DNA of 64,000 bases. Origin: Candidatus Sulfotelmatobacter sp. (GTDB lineage: Archaea > Thermoproteota > Bathyarchaeia > Bathyarchaeales > Bathycorpusculaceae). Shown piece after piece: positions 10,281 through 19,509 of this stretch. The notes below the pieces were generated by a model. The model saw nothing but the letters and a program-made list of their open reading frames with translations. It made no database searches and was not told the origin of the DNA. The translations under genes and the position numbers were made by a program. Within the stretch, counting starts at the first letter, position 1; each line of letters starts with the position of its first letter. Where the stretch lies: contig DATGZD010000049.1 in the NCBI GenBank assembly GCA_035297385.1, forward strand, positions 5,808 through 69,807, in the 5' to 3' direction.

Positions 10281-11315
10281 TTGGGAGTTAACCTTCGAGG
10301 TCTTGTACCAATAGAAAATATAAAGTTGGAAGATTTAGGCGGCAAAATTATCGCCATTGATGCTTATAATGCACTTTATCAATTTCTTGCTATAATCCGT
10401 CAACCTGATGGCACACCACTAACCGATAATTCAGGAAAAGTTACGAGTCACATTAGTGGTTTATTCTATCGGACAAGCAATCTTGTTGAAATGGGCATAA
10501 AACCAATCTATGTTTTTGATGGTGAACCACCTGAGTTAAAGGCAGCTGAGATTCAACGCCGTCGAGAAATCAAAGTTGAAGCAGCACGACACTATGAGAA
10601 GGCTAGGGAAAAGGGCGATGTAGTCAAGATGCGTATGTTTGCCCAAGCATCCATGAGCTTGAAAGATTATATGGAAAAAGATGCCATACACCTTCTGGAT
10701 CTTATGGGTTTACCTTGGGTTCAAGCACCAAGTGAAGGTGAAGCACAAGCAGCATACATGGCAAGCAAAGGTGATGCAGATTACTGTGCTAGCCAAGATT
10801 ACGACAGCTTACTGTTCGGTGCACCAAGATTGCTCAGAAATGTGACGATTTCAGGGAGACGAAAGTTACCAAGCAAAAACATTTACGTTGATGTAGTTCC
10901 TGAACTTGTAAAACTCGATGATGTTCTTGCGAGATGTGAGCTTACTCGTGAACAATTAATCGATACAGGCATTCTAGTAGGTACTGATTTTAATCCTGAC
11001 GGCATCAAAGGGTTAGGACCAAAGACAGCGTTGAAACTGATTAAGGAGTACGGTACATTAGAAAAAGCTTTGCCAAATATTAAGAACGCCATATTCCCTT
11101 GTCCACCAGATCAGATTCGTGAAATTTTCTTGCATCCAAATGTTCGAGACGATTACAGCTTAAATTGGAAAGAGGCAAACGTCGAGGGATTAGTGAATTT
11201 TTTGGTTCGAGAAAAAGATTTCTCAGAAGAACGAGTCCGAAAAGCACTGGAAAGATTACATCAAGGAATTGTAGAGCAAAAAGGAAAGACTACACTAGAG
11301 AGATGGTTTGGTTAA
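10281..11315 (+). CDS. fen: Flap endonuclease 1
   Basis: 344 aa. MGVNLRGL N-terminus, XPG-N/XPG-I acidic blocks and a C-terminal PIP-like TLERWFG. TTG start. Confidence 0.95.
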   Translation: MGVNLRGLVPIENIKLEDLGGKIIAIDAYNALYQFLAIIRQPDGTPLTDNSGKVTSHISGLFYRTSNLVEMGIKPIYVFDGEPPELKAAEIQRRREIKVEAARHYEKAREKGDVVKMRMFAQASMSLKDYMEKDAIHLLDLMGLPWVQAPSEGEAQAAYMASKGDADYCASQDYDSLLFGAPRLLRNVTISGRRKLPSKNIYVDVVPELVKLDDVLARCELTREQLIDTGILVGTDFNPDGIKGLGPKTALKLIKEYGTLEKALPNIKNAIFPCPPDQIREIFLHPNVRDDYSLNWKEANVEGLVNFLVREKDFSEERVRKALERLHQGIVEQKGKTTLERWFG

Positions 11316-11998
11316 TGATTAAGACTTGAAGCTATACTCGCGCCTTTTAAAGGCACAAAACTCACTCCGCCAAGGTTTTCTTCTCTTAATTTTCCATCAA
11401 TATCCTTTGTAACTTTAATGAGTATCTGAAAAAGTGAATCGTTTCCGACCGGAATCAGCATTATTCCATCAGCTTTCAACTGATCTACCAATGGTTTAGG
11501 AATTCGTGGCACCGCGGCTGCAATTAAAATACGATCAAATGGTGCTTTTTCTAGGTATCCTTTAGAACCATCACCGATAACTATCGTAACTCTATCTCCG
11601 TAGCCCGTGTTCATGATATTCTTTCGGGCCATATCAGCAAGGTTTGGATTAATTTCGAGTGTGTATACGTGACCCCATTCGCTTCTAGGTGCTTCCTTAG
11701 GTGAAACGATTGCAGCAATACTCGCAGCGTGCCATCCTGATCCTGCTCCAACTTCCAAGACTTTTTGTCCAGTCCTAAGCTGCAGTGCTTCATTCATGAT
11801 TGCTACAATGTTTGGTGCACTGATTATTTGCCCATAACCTATTGGGAGCGGTGTATCCTTAACACTATATTCTTGCGAGTCACGTGGAAGAAATCGTGCA
11901 CGAGGCAATCTCTGCATAGCTTTGATCACGTTTGGAGTACGTAGTTTCCCTTGCTTGGTCAAGTTATCAATGAGTTTGTCCCAATCTGACTTCTCCAC
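11312..11998 (-). CDS. pcm: Protein-L-isoaspartate O-methyltransferase
   Basis: VLEVGAGSGWHAA SAM-binding motif and PIGYGQIISAPNIVA. GTG start. Confidence 0.9.
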   Translation of the reverse strand: MEKSDWDKLIDNLTKQGKLRTPNVIKAMQRLPRARFLPRDSQEYSVKDTPLPIGYGQIISAPNIVAIMNEALQLRTGQKVLEVGAGSGWHAASIAAIVSPKEAPRSEWGHVYTLEINPNLADMARKNIMNTGYGDRVTIVIGDGSKGYLEKAPFDRILIAAAVPRIPKPLVDQLKADGIMLIPVGNDSLFQILIKVTKDIDGKLREENLGGVSFVPLKGASIASSLNH

Positions 11999-12170
11999 GA
12001 AAGCACCGATTAAAAATGTACAAAAGGTTCCTTTTTAACATAATTAACTCACAATACAGTTTACAGTTTAGCAAAAATATTCGATTAATCAGAAATACTC
12101 AAGATTTTGAATCTGCATTACTAAAAAATGAATTGTGAGAGCATTAACTATCTATATTTGTGCAGTAATC

Positions 12171-12203
12171 AACAACCAAGGCATATTGGTTGTTAAAAAG
12201 AAC
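12171..12203 (-). terminator. Hairpin plus T5 run just downstream of glmS (candidate terminator)
   Basis: AACAACCAA (12171-12179) pairs with TTGGTTGTT (12186-12194) around a 6-nt loop. On the minus strand a TTCTTTTT run precedes it, 13 nt after the glmS stop. Confidence 0.3.
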
Positions 12204-12215
12204 CTTGGAATTGAG

Positions 12216-14045
12216 TTATTTGACAGTAACTGATTTTGCCAGGTTTCTAGGCATATCTGGGTTGCATCCTCGCTCCAAAGCCATATAGTATGCTAGCATC
12301 TGCAACGGTATGATAAACGGTATAGGCGATAATACTTCTGGAATTCCTTTTGGAACACACGCATAGTCATCTGATAAGGCTTTAATTTCTTCATCATCCT
12401 CTTCAATAATAGAAATTATAGATGCACCTCGAGCTTTCATTTCCATAATATTGCCAATGAGTGTCTTATGTGAGCCATCTTTAGGACAGATGAAGACAAC
12501 TGGGAAGCCTGGCTCAATTAGACTGATTGGTCCATGCTTGCTTTCTCCAGCAGGGAATGCAATTGCTGGTACATAGGCAATTTCCATGAGTTTTAATCGT
12601 CCTTCATAAGCTGTAGCAGTGCTTATACCACGACCAAGGAAGAAGAAGGTTTTAGCGTCTTTGTATTTGTGAGCAATTTCTTTCATACGAGTCTCTTGGG
12701 TATTAATTATGGTCTCCACGATGCGCGGAAGCTTATCAAGTTTCTCCTCAAGACAATCCATCTCATCCTGAGAGACTTTACCCCTCTTGTTAGCTAACCT
12801 CAAGGCCAATTGTGCCATTACAGAGAGTTGTGATGTAAAAGTCTTCGTCGCTGCTACACCAATCTCTGGACCTGATTGTTGACCTATATAGACTCTTGAA
12901 ACACGCGTCAACGTTGAACCGATTGCGTTAGTTAAACCCAAAATTGTTGCTGCTCTTTGTTGTGAAGCTGTAACTGCGGCTAATGTATCAGCTGTCTCGC
13001 CTGATTGGCTAACTGCTAAGATAGTGCTATCTATATTCACAGATTTACCGTGCTGTTCCACAAATTCTGAAGCATAAACAGGATACGTCGGTAAGAACGC
13101 TAATTTTGAGAACATATATGATGCCGCTAAGCATGCATGGTACGAAGTCCCACAAGCAACTAGAAAAACCTCGGTTGCACGATCAAGGAAAGTTGATATC
13201 AAATCTAGGTAATGTTCCTGTGATCGTAATGTATTCTTAAGTGTACTTGGTTGTTCATGAATCTCCTTAATCATGAAATGAGGATAACCCTGTTTAACAG
13301 CAGCTTCGGACGACCATTCAATAATTGTTGGTTCACGAGTAACCACACAGTCATCCTGAATTTTTCTAATCTCATAGCCTGCTTGCGAAAGAATCACCAA
13401 TTCTCCATTCTTAATGAAGACAGCCTTATTAGTCAACGGCAAAAATGCCGGAATATCTGAAGCACAATAAACAGCGTTTTTATCGATGCCTAAGACCAAG
13501 GGACTCTCATTTCTAGCACAGATGATTTTATCCGGTTCATCAGCTGAAACAACTGCCAAAGCATATGAACCATCTAACCTTTTTGCAGCCTCACGAACAG
13601 CCGCGGCTAGACTTAGACCAGGCTTTTCTTTAAGGTATTGCTCGATCAAATGTGCTACAACTTCAGTATCAGTCTTTGAAACAAATGTATGACCACGACT
13701 TTCCAGTTCAAGTCTTAATTCAGAAAAATTCTCAACAATACCATTATGCACCACAACAAGATGTCCAGTACAATCATAATGGGGGTGCGCGTTAACCTTA
13801 AGTGGAGCACCATGAGTTGCCCACCGCGTATGTCCAACGCCCAAACTACCAGGCATGTCATCTAGGTTTAGGAGGCGATGAACCTCATCTATTTTGCCTT
13901 GATCCTTCTTTGTGAAAAGAGCTCCATTATTGATTGTAGTTATACCCACAGAGTCGTAGCCACGATATTCAAGGCGCTTCAAGGATTCATGAATCAATGG
14001 CGCCGCATTTCCTTCAGATAAGACGCAACCGAATATTCCGCACAT
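12216..14045 (-). CDS. glmS: Glutamine--fructose-6-phosphate aminotransferase
   Basis: The MCGIFG N-terminal nucleophile requires the ATG at 14043-14045, not the tracker TTG at 14054. Two SIS domains and a C-terminal NLAKSVTVK. Confidence 0.95.
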   Translation of the reverse strand: MCGIFGCVLSEGNAAPLIHESLKRLEYRGYDSVGITTINNGALFTKKDQGKIDEVHRLLNLDDMPGSLGVGHTRWATHGAPLKVNAHPHYDCTGHLVVVHNGIVENFSELRLELESRGHTFVSKTDTEVVAHLIEQYLKEKPGLSLAAAVREAAKRLDGSYALAVVSADEPDKIICARNESPLVLGIDKNAVYCASDIPAFLPLTNKAVFIKNGELVILSQAGYEIRKIQDDCVVTREPTIIEWSSEAAVKQGYPHFMIKEIHEQPSTLKNTLRSQEHYLDLISTFLDRATEVFLVACGTSYHACLAASYMFSKLAFLPTYPVYASEFVEQHGKSVNIDSTILAVSQSGETADTLAAVTASQQRAATILGLTNAIGSTLTRVSRVYIGQQSGPEIGVAATKTFTSQLSVMAQLALRLANKRGKVSQDEMDCLEEKLDKLPRIVETIINTQETRMKEIAHKYKDAKTFFFLGRGISTATAYEGRLKLMEIAYVPAIAFPAGESKHGPISLIEPGFPVVFICPKDGSHKTLIGNIMEMKARGASIISIIEEDDEEIKALSDDYACVPKGIPEVLSPIPFIIPLQMLAYYMALERGCNPDMPRNLAKSVTVK

Positions 14046-14279
14046 TGTAATCAAGCCGTTGAATACTATTTGTAAAGTTATTCAAATCTATGGTCTACTA
14101 ATAAGCATTTTTAAGAAAAATCCTTTACTTCTAAAATACTGTTTTTATAGGTTAACCTGAATTCTTTTACGTTCGAGTTCATTTAAGCTCATTTTGAGCT
14201 TATTGTTTGTTCAATCAATATTAACCATAAAAAGACTTTTAATAATGGATGTTAGTTTCCCTTCAAAAGGAGGCTACCT

Positions 14280-15248
14280 TTGGATAAGAAACTGCTACTT
14301 CAATTCAACAACGGTGAGCCAGAAGTAAAAGAGATCTGCGTGATGCAGAATCCTCAAAAAATGCAGGCATTCTTGGGTAAAATGAGTTGGAGAATACTCA
14401 TGGCTTTGTCTGAAAAAGAGATGTATCCACTGCAACTCGCAAGATACCTTCACATTAATGAACAATTAGTCTATTATTATATTCGAAGACTTGCAAAAGC
14501 TGGCGCTATAATAGTAGAAAGAGAAGAGAAGAAGAAAGGGGCAATCGCAAAGTATTATCGTTCTGTTTCATCTGCTTTTGCAGTAGAATTTCCACAAGGA
14601 TACAAACTATTAAAAAATCAACCGTCATTATTATCCGTGAATAAGCAAGTTCAAGGTTTCTTCCAAGAGTTCATCAATGAGAATGGAGTCTTCAACGGCA
14701 AAATCGTGGTAGGCTGCCCTGCACCACACGGACCTTTCAAGACTAGTGCTCGTGATGGACATTATGCAGCATACTTAACTTTCTTCTTGGGACAATTCAT
14801 TAAGAATCCCTCTGAATTTGCAATAAAATTGGACACTGATGTTAAGGCAGAGAAAGAAGAAAAGAACAACCTTATCCTTGTTGGTGGTCCAGGAACTAAT
14901 CTCCTTACTCAGGAGATAAATGACTACTTACCAGTTAGGTTCAATATGCAATCTAGCAGTCAAGGCTTCCTTCTCGGTGGTATGATATCTCAAAAGACAT
15001 CACGTGTGTATACAGCTGATACAGCTGGACTTGTAGCTAAAATCATAAATCCATGGGATAAAACCAAAAGAATCATAGTAGTTGCGGGCAACAAAGCAGT
15101 AGGCACAAAAGCTTGTGTGTTAGCATTAACAAATTTTTGGGGTAGGACTCTACAGAATTATCATAGTAATGATTCCTTCAGTGCAATAATACAAGGATAT
15201 GATGAGGACGGCGACGGCAAAGTAGATGCGATAGAGGTTCCCGAATAA
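14280..15248 (+). CDS. Winged-helix (ArsR-like) N-terminal domain fused to an uncharacterised C-terminal domain
   Basis: WRILMALSEKEMYPLQLARYLHINEQLVYYYIRRLAKAG is a wHTH. The C-terminal LILVGGPGTN / IIVVAGNKAVGT blocks have unknown function. TTG start after AAGGAGG. Confidence 0.55.
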   Translation: MDKKLLLQFNNGEPEVKEICVMQNPQKMQAFLGKMSWRILMALSEKEMYPLQLARYLHINEQLVYYYIRRLAKAGAIIVEREEKKKGAIAKYYRSVSSAFAVEFPQGYKLLKNQPSLLSVNKQVQGFFQEFINENGVFNGKIVVGCPAPHGPFKTSARDGHYAAYLTFFLGQFIKNPSEFAIKLDTDVKAEKEEKNNLILVGGPGTNLLTQEINDYLPVRFNMQSSSQGFLLGGMISQKTSRVYTADTAGLVAKIINPWDKTKRIIVVAGNKAVGTKACVLALTNFWGRTLQNYHSNDSFSAIIQGYDEDGDGKVDAIEVPE

Positions 15249-15253
15249 ACTTG

Positions 15254-15682
15254 ATGAAAGAACTTACTGAAGTGTTCTTTGCATTAGGACACAAGAACGT
15301 TAGAGCCACACATAGAACAACCCTTGAATTCACTAAGGATAAGCATCTGTCACAGACAGGAGATTGTATAGTCGCAGTAAACGCAGATAAAGCGCTTGTC
15401 GAACTGAGGGACATGTTCAAAGACAGACTACGAGTACCAAATGCTAAGCTTCTTATAACAATCGAAGTCGATGGAATAACAGAATATGTGAACGCTCATG
15501 GCTCACCAAAGTTGGTATTAAATCATCAATCAGATATTGTAATCAGAAAAAGCAGCCATATCGACAACAGAACGTTAGCTATCTGCGCCGACAAATCAGC
15601 TAAAGACTTATCCAGACAACTTGTGAAAAAATTGCAGAATTCAACACAAAAGGCAAGAATTACACTAACCGTTACTGCTTAG
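15254..15682 (+). CDS. DUF371 family protein
   Basis: GHKNVRATHRTTLEFTKD...TGDCIVAV matches the archaeal DUF371 pattern from memory. It starts 5 nt after the preceding stop. Confidence 0.7.
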   Translation: MKELTEVFFALGHKNVRATHRTTLEFTKDKHLSQTGDCIVAVNADKALVELRDMFKDRLRVPNAKLLITIEVDGITEYVNAHGSPKLVLNHQSDIVIRKSSHIDNRTLAICADKSAKDLSRQLVKKLQNSTQKARITLTVTA

Positions 15683-16767
15683 ATTATCTTTGCATCCAAA
15701 ACGACTTGCTGTTGATATGGAGCAGTCTCCCGAACAACCCTAGCACAAAGAAACTGTTCTACTTTTCTTCCAGCCCTTTCAATTGCTTTTTCAAACAGAG
15801 ATTCCAATGCGCTGAAAGTAGCAGGTTGTCGAATAAAACTATAGAAATGAATTGTACCTCCACTGCGTTTTAGTGCAGTACAAGCAACGTCGATGAAATC
15901 AATAGCACTTTCTGGCAGATTCATTATTACACGGTCTGCAATATTCACAAACCTATCGCACACTATTTGTCGCGCATTCCCTAGAATAGGCATGACACAA
16001 TTTTGTACACGATTAAGTAGGATATTTTTCTTTAATAGTGCAAAAGCTTCAGGATTGATATCTATCGCATAAATCTTCGAATCAATAGTTTTTGCGATGA
16101 GAATAGAGAAAGGCCCAACTCCAGCGAACAAATCCAATACAACTTCATTCTTCTTAACTAACAAAGCTACTCTTTGATGTTCATGTGAAAGCCTGGGTGA
16201 AAAATAAGCTTTAGCAATATCCACATAGTATTGACACCCCAACTCTCTATGAATTGTGCAAGTCTTAGGTTCTCCAGCAAGGAAAGCAAGTTCTCGTGTA
16301 CGATATATACCACTAATTGCTCCAGCCTTTGCCACTACAGTTTTGACGTTTCTATGCGTCTTCAAAATTGCCCCACCGACTAGTTTCTCGTAAGGCTTTA
16401 ACTCAGAAGGAACCTCGACAATCGCTATATCTCCTATGATATCCAGAGCATGGGGCAAGTTTGTCAATAGATGAGAAGGAAGGACATTAGCAAGAATACT
16501 CTCAAGTGTTTTTTTGTCTTGTTCCCGCTCTTCAAAAATTCGAGTTTCAAGCTGAATATTCACTGCTTGCTTCTTGAAAATATTTACTTCTTTTTCATTC
16601 AATTGACGATTAAGCGGCACACAGACAAAATTATCATCATTTTGAACCTGAAGTTGTTTAGCCCGCAATCCAAGCTTATCAGCTACCTCTATTGCTGTTT
16701 GTCCTTGAACCCTTAGAACTCTAAGACAAAGTGAAGACTTTGGCACAGAATCAGCCTGACTTTTCAA
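15679..16767 (-). CDS. trm5: tRNA (guanine37-N1)-methyltransferase Trm5 family
   Basis: VLDLFAGVGPFS SAM motif and the NLPESA catalytic motif. 362 aa. TTG start. Confidence 0.8.
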   Translation of the reverse strand: MKSQADSVPKSSLCLRVLRVQGQTAIEVADKLGLRAKQLQVQNDDNFVCVPLNRQLNEKEVNIFKKQAVNIQLETRIFEEREQDKKTLESILANVLPSHLLTNLPHALDIIGDIAIVEVPSELKPYEKLVGGAILKTHRNVKTVVAKAGAISGIYRTRELAFLAGEPKTCTIHRELGCQYYVDIAKAYFSPRLSHEHQRVALLVKKNEVVLDLFAGVGPFSILIAKTIDSKIYAIDINPEAFALLKKNILLNRVQNCVMPILGNARQIVCDRFVNIADRVIMNLPESAIDFIDVACTALKRSGGTIHFYSFIRQPATFSALESLFEKAIERAGRKVEQFLCARVVRETAPYQQQVVLDAKII

Positions 16768-17788
16768 TCCTAAAAAGAGACCCCACTTTGACTACCCTAA
16801 ATTTTGTACCTAATACGTTTTCAGTGAGCCAAATATTTGCTTCAATATGATCGGTGAGCTTTGGTGTCAAAAAAACTGATGACCCTTCTGTTAATGCTAT
16901 ATAAGGTATTAACATATCAGCCAAGTGTACATCTACAGTAGGTTTCACAGAAAGCTCAGCTTTCAATTTCTCCGCAGCTTCTATGCCTACGGTCTCACTT
17001 AATTTACCTAATTCACCGATAGCGTCAGCACCCAAGATTGTGCCTGCATCAGTCTCAGCCCATAAAACGATTGAGCTACCCTTCTGCAACGGATTCGACG
17101 CATCATTAACAACCTCTATATTTGGAGTATAACCTATTTCTTTGAAATATTCGTTGGCAGCATTAGCCTGTCGTTGTGCAACTTGCCGATCAGCTAAAAA
17201 GGTACACACAGAATAACCTTTTAAGTGCTGTAGGTTGCCAAATTCTTCTAACCGAATCGGATTAAGTTTAGGATTAGGCTGGATTGTCACTGTAACTTCA
17301 CCCATGCCCTTTGGATAGTAACCGTATCTATGAATCATAATCCGTGCATTTAGTCCCATCTTGACCAAAGTTGGCATCAACACGAAACGCATATAATTAA
17401 TGGTTGGTGCACTCCACGTATCCGTTCCGCCCTTAGAGATATGCAAACGCACAGGTTCTTTTGCGCGAGCACACATGGGTAACACGGTTAACAATAACAT
17501 TGGTATGCTTCCAGCAGTTCCAATCTCAGCCTCATAATTTCCGCCCTTAATTCCATGAGGCGTAAACCAGAGTTCTTGAGATTTCAATACTACCCCTCGT
17601 GTTTCTGCGCTACAGAGTTTTGCCGCAGTTAAGACAGCTTCGAGATGCTGAGGCTTCAAACCAGGTTGTTGACGTCTTTGTCGAATATTGTAGATATGTA
17701 GCGCTTCTCCAGTAATAGCAGCTAAGGCTACTGAAAGCCGAAGGATGGTTCCACTTCCACTTTTTTGGCTTCCATCAACTTCAAACAA
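16751..17788 (-). CDS. rtcA: RNA 3'-terminal phosphate cyclase
   Basis: 345 aa. The DGSQKSGSGTILRLSVALAAITGEALHIYNIR N-terminus is typical of RtcA. TTG start. Confidence 0.9.
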   Translation of the reverse strand: MFEVDGSQKSGSGTILRLSVALAAITGEALHIYNIRQRRQQPGLKPQHLEAVLTAAKLCSAETRGVVLKSQELWFTPHGIKGGNYEAEIGTAGSIPMLLLTVLPMCARAKEPVRLHISKGGTDTWSAPTINYMRFVLMPTLVKMGLNARIMIHRYGYYPKGMGEVTVTIQPNPKLNPIRLEEFGNLQHLKGYSVCTFLADRQVAQRQANAANEYFKEIGYTPNIEVVNDASNPLQKGSSIVLWAETDAGTILGADAIGELGKLSETVGIEAAEKLKAELSVKPTVDVHLADMLIPYIALTEGSSVFLTPKLTDHIEANIWLTENVLGTKFRVVKVGSLFRIEKSG

Positions 17789-17869
17789 GCATGTTCACTA
17801 CAAGCATTCTAAGAGTACAAATAATTAATAAATGCCCTGATCCAATACTCATGATGGAGTTATTAATTT

Positions 17870-18268
17870 ATGTCTGTTGACAGGGAGAAGCTTGAAAATC
17901 TTTTAGAAAGAATAGACGAAATTCTGTTGGTTCTAAAAGGTATCTCCGATGATTTACGTACAGTTTCTGCTTCATTAAAATCAATAGCAGTAGGACAGAT
18001 TGCTCCACCTGGACAACAGATGCAAGCTCCTAGTGGTCGGGAAGGCTTTGAGAGACAGAAATCTGTAGAAGATGTCCGTATGTCATTTCCGCCAGACTTG
18101 GAGAGCTTACTTAACATTGAAGAAAGAAATGATTACATAATCATTAAACCAAGGCAATTTTTGGGTTCAGAGAATTTTGCAAAAATTGCCTCTACAGTTC
18201 GCGGCATGGGTGGCGAATACATAAGCGCAGGAAAAGATTCTCATTTCCGTGTGCCAAAACGAAAATAG
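17870..18268 (+). CDS. Hypothetical protein (coiled-coil N-terminus, compact basic C-terminal domain)
   Basis: 132-aa ATG ORF. Not recognisable by motif. Confidence 0.45.
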   Translation: MSVDREKLENLLERIDEILLVLKGISDDLRTVSASLKSIAVGQIAPPGQQMQAPSGREGFERQKSVEDVRMSFPPDLESLLNIEERNDYIIIKPRQFLGSENFAKIASTVRGMGGEYISAGKDSHFRVPKRK

Positions 18269-18279
18269 ATTCTAAACAA

Positions 18280-18591
18280 TTAAACTACACTAAATCTATC
18301 AAATTCACCCACATATTTTTCCGGCGTTACTATTACATCGGTAACGATAGCTCCGGGTGGACCACGTTTACAAAAAACAATCATCGACTCAACATCTTGT
18401 TCTTCACCCTCGAAAACTGCTTCAACAGTACCATTATCTCGGTTTCTAACCCAACCTTTCACGTTGAGGTTCAGAGCTCGGCGTTTTGTTTCATGTCTAA
18501 ACATTACACCTTGAACTTCGCCACTTATTATTAGATGAGCTCGAGTTTTCGTCTTTCCAATTCCTTCCAACTGATAGAAAATTGTGCTCAT
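18280..18591 (-). CDS. Acylphosphatase
   Basis: The VQGVMFRHETKRRA...GWVRNRDNGTVEAV signature matches acylphosphatases. Confidence 0.85.
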   Translation of the reverse strand: MSTIFYQLEGIGKTKTRAHLIISGEVQGVMFRHETKRRALNLNVKGWVRNRDNGTVEAVFEGEEQDVESMIVFCKRGPPGAIVTDVIVTPEKYVGEFDRFSVV

Positions 18592-18727
18592 GTTTATGAT
18601 TTAAACTCTTCTGATTTACGAAAGACGTTAACATTTTCACTTAAACCTATCTCCCCACTGACTGGACAGGTAGTTATGGCATCTGTTTTAAAAGCAAATT
18701 TCAATCGAGTTTTATTGGTGAAGATAT

Positions 18728-19060
18728 ATGCTCAAGAATACTGGAAAAATTCTTCTGTATGCATCACCTGGCAGAGATCATAGAAAACGTTTGGCTTCAG
18801 TACGTGAAGCCGCTGTTGAGACTGCGGAACGCTTACATTTAGACTTTGAAGTAGTTCAATTCAAAAGAAGGTGCAATCAAATCTACGTTTACTACGAGAA
18901 TGGTAAGGATGAGCCGGTCCCTATTTATTGTGACGAAGGGAAAACAATTGATACTGAAGGTATTTGTTCAAAATTACAAAAAATGATGTTCGTACTATCA
19001 TTCCATCCTCGAAATTCAGCACTGCGGTCTATTCGAACGGAGCTTATGGGATTTTCTTAA
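18728..19060 (+). CDS. Hypothetical protein
   Basis: 110-aa ATG ORF with no recognisable motif. Its 3' end overlaps the convergent ORF 19044..19379 by 17 nt. Confidence 0.4.
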   Translation: MLKNTGKILLYASPGRDHRKRLASVREAAVETAERLHLDFEVVQFKRRCNQIYVYYENGKDEPVPIYCDEGKTIDTEGICSKLQKMMFVLSFHPRNSALRSIRTELMGFS

Positions 19061-19379
19061 ACTTTATAGATTGATTCTCGAGAACAACATCATACAGTTG
19101 ATTTACGTCAAAATCAATGGCTAGGCTATCGTATTCATGTTCTGTTAGGAAAAGCAGAATTTTTGGGTTAGCAACCTGTGTTCTCTGTGGTAAGAAGGGC
19201 ATTTGAGTCTGTAAAGCTTGGAAGATTTCTGTAGCCATTTTACCTTCATCGCTCTGAGGTCGCATAACGTAACTGTTAATCTCTCGTTCTTCAACAAGTT
19301 CAATCCGTTTTCCAAGGTTTCCATCTAAATCTCTTGTTGATTCAATTTTGTTGACTCTTACTCTGAACACTGTAATCAC
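19044..19379 (-). CDS. Hypothetical protein
   Basis: 111-aa ORF with no recognisable motif. Confidence 0.4.
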   Translation of the reverse strand: MITVFRVRVNKIESTRDLDGNLGKRIELVEEREINSYVMRPQSDEGKMATEIFQALQTQMPFLPQRTQVANPKILLFLTEHEYDSLAIDFDVNQLYDVVLENQSIKFKKIP

Positions 19380-19509
19380 ACTTGAACTAGACTATTTCAA
19401 GGTTAGATTTAACCTATACTGAGCAAAGATCAAGAATTACAACACTGTAAGAAAAGTAATTCTTAAATTATTCTTTATCCGGCTAAATAACCAGAGCGAA
19501 GATGATTTT

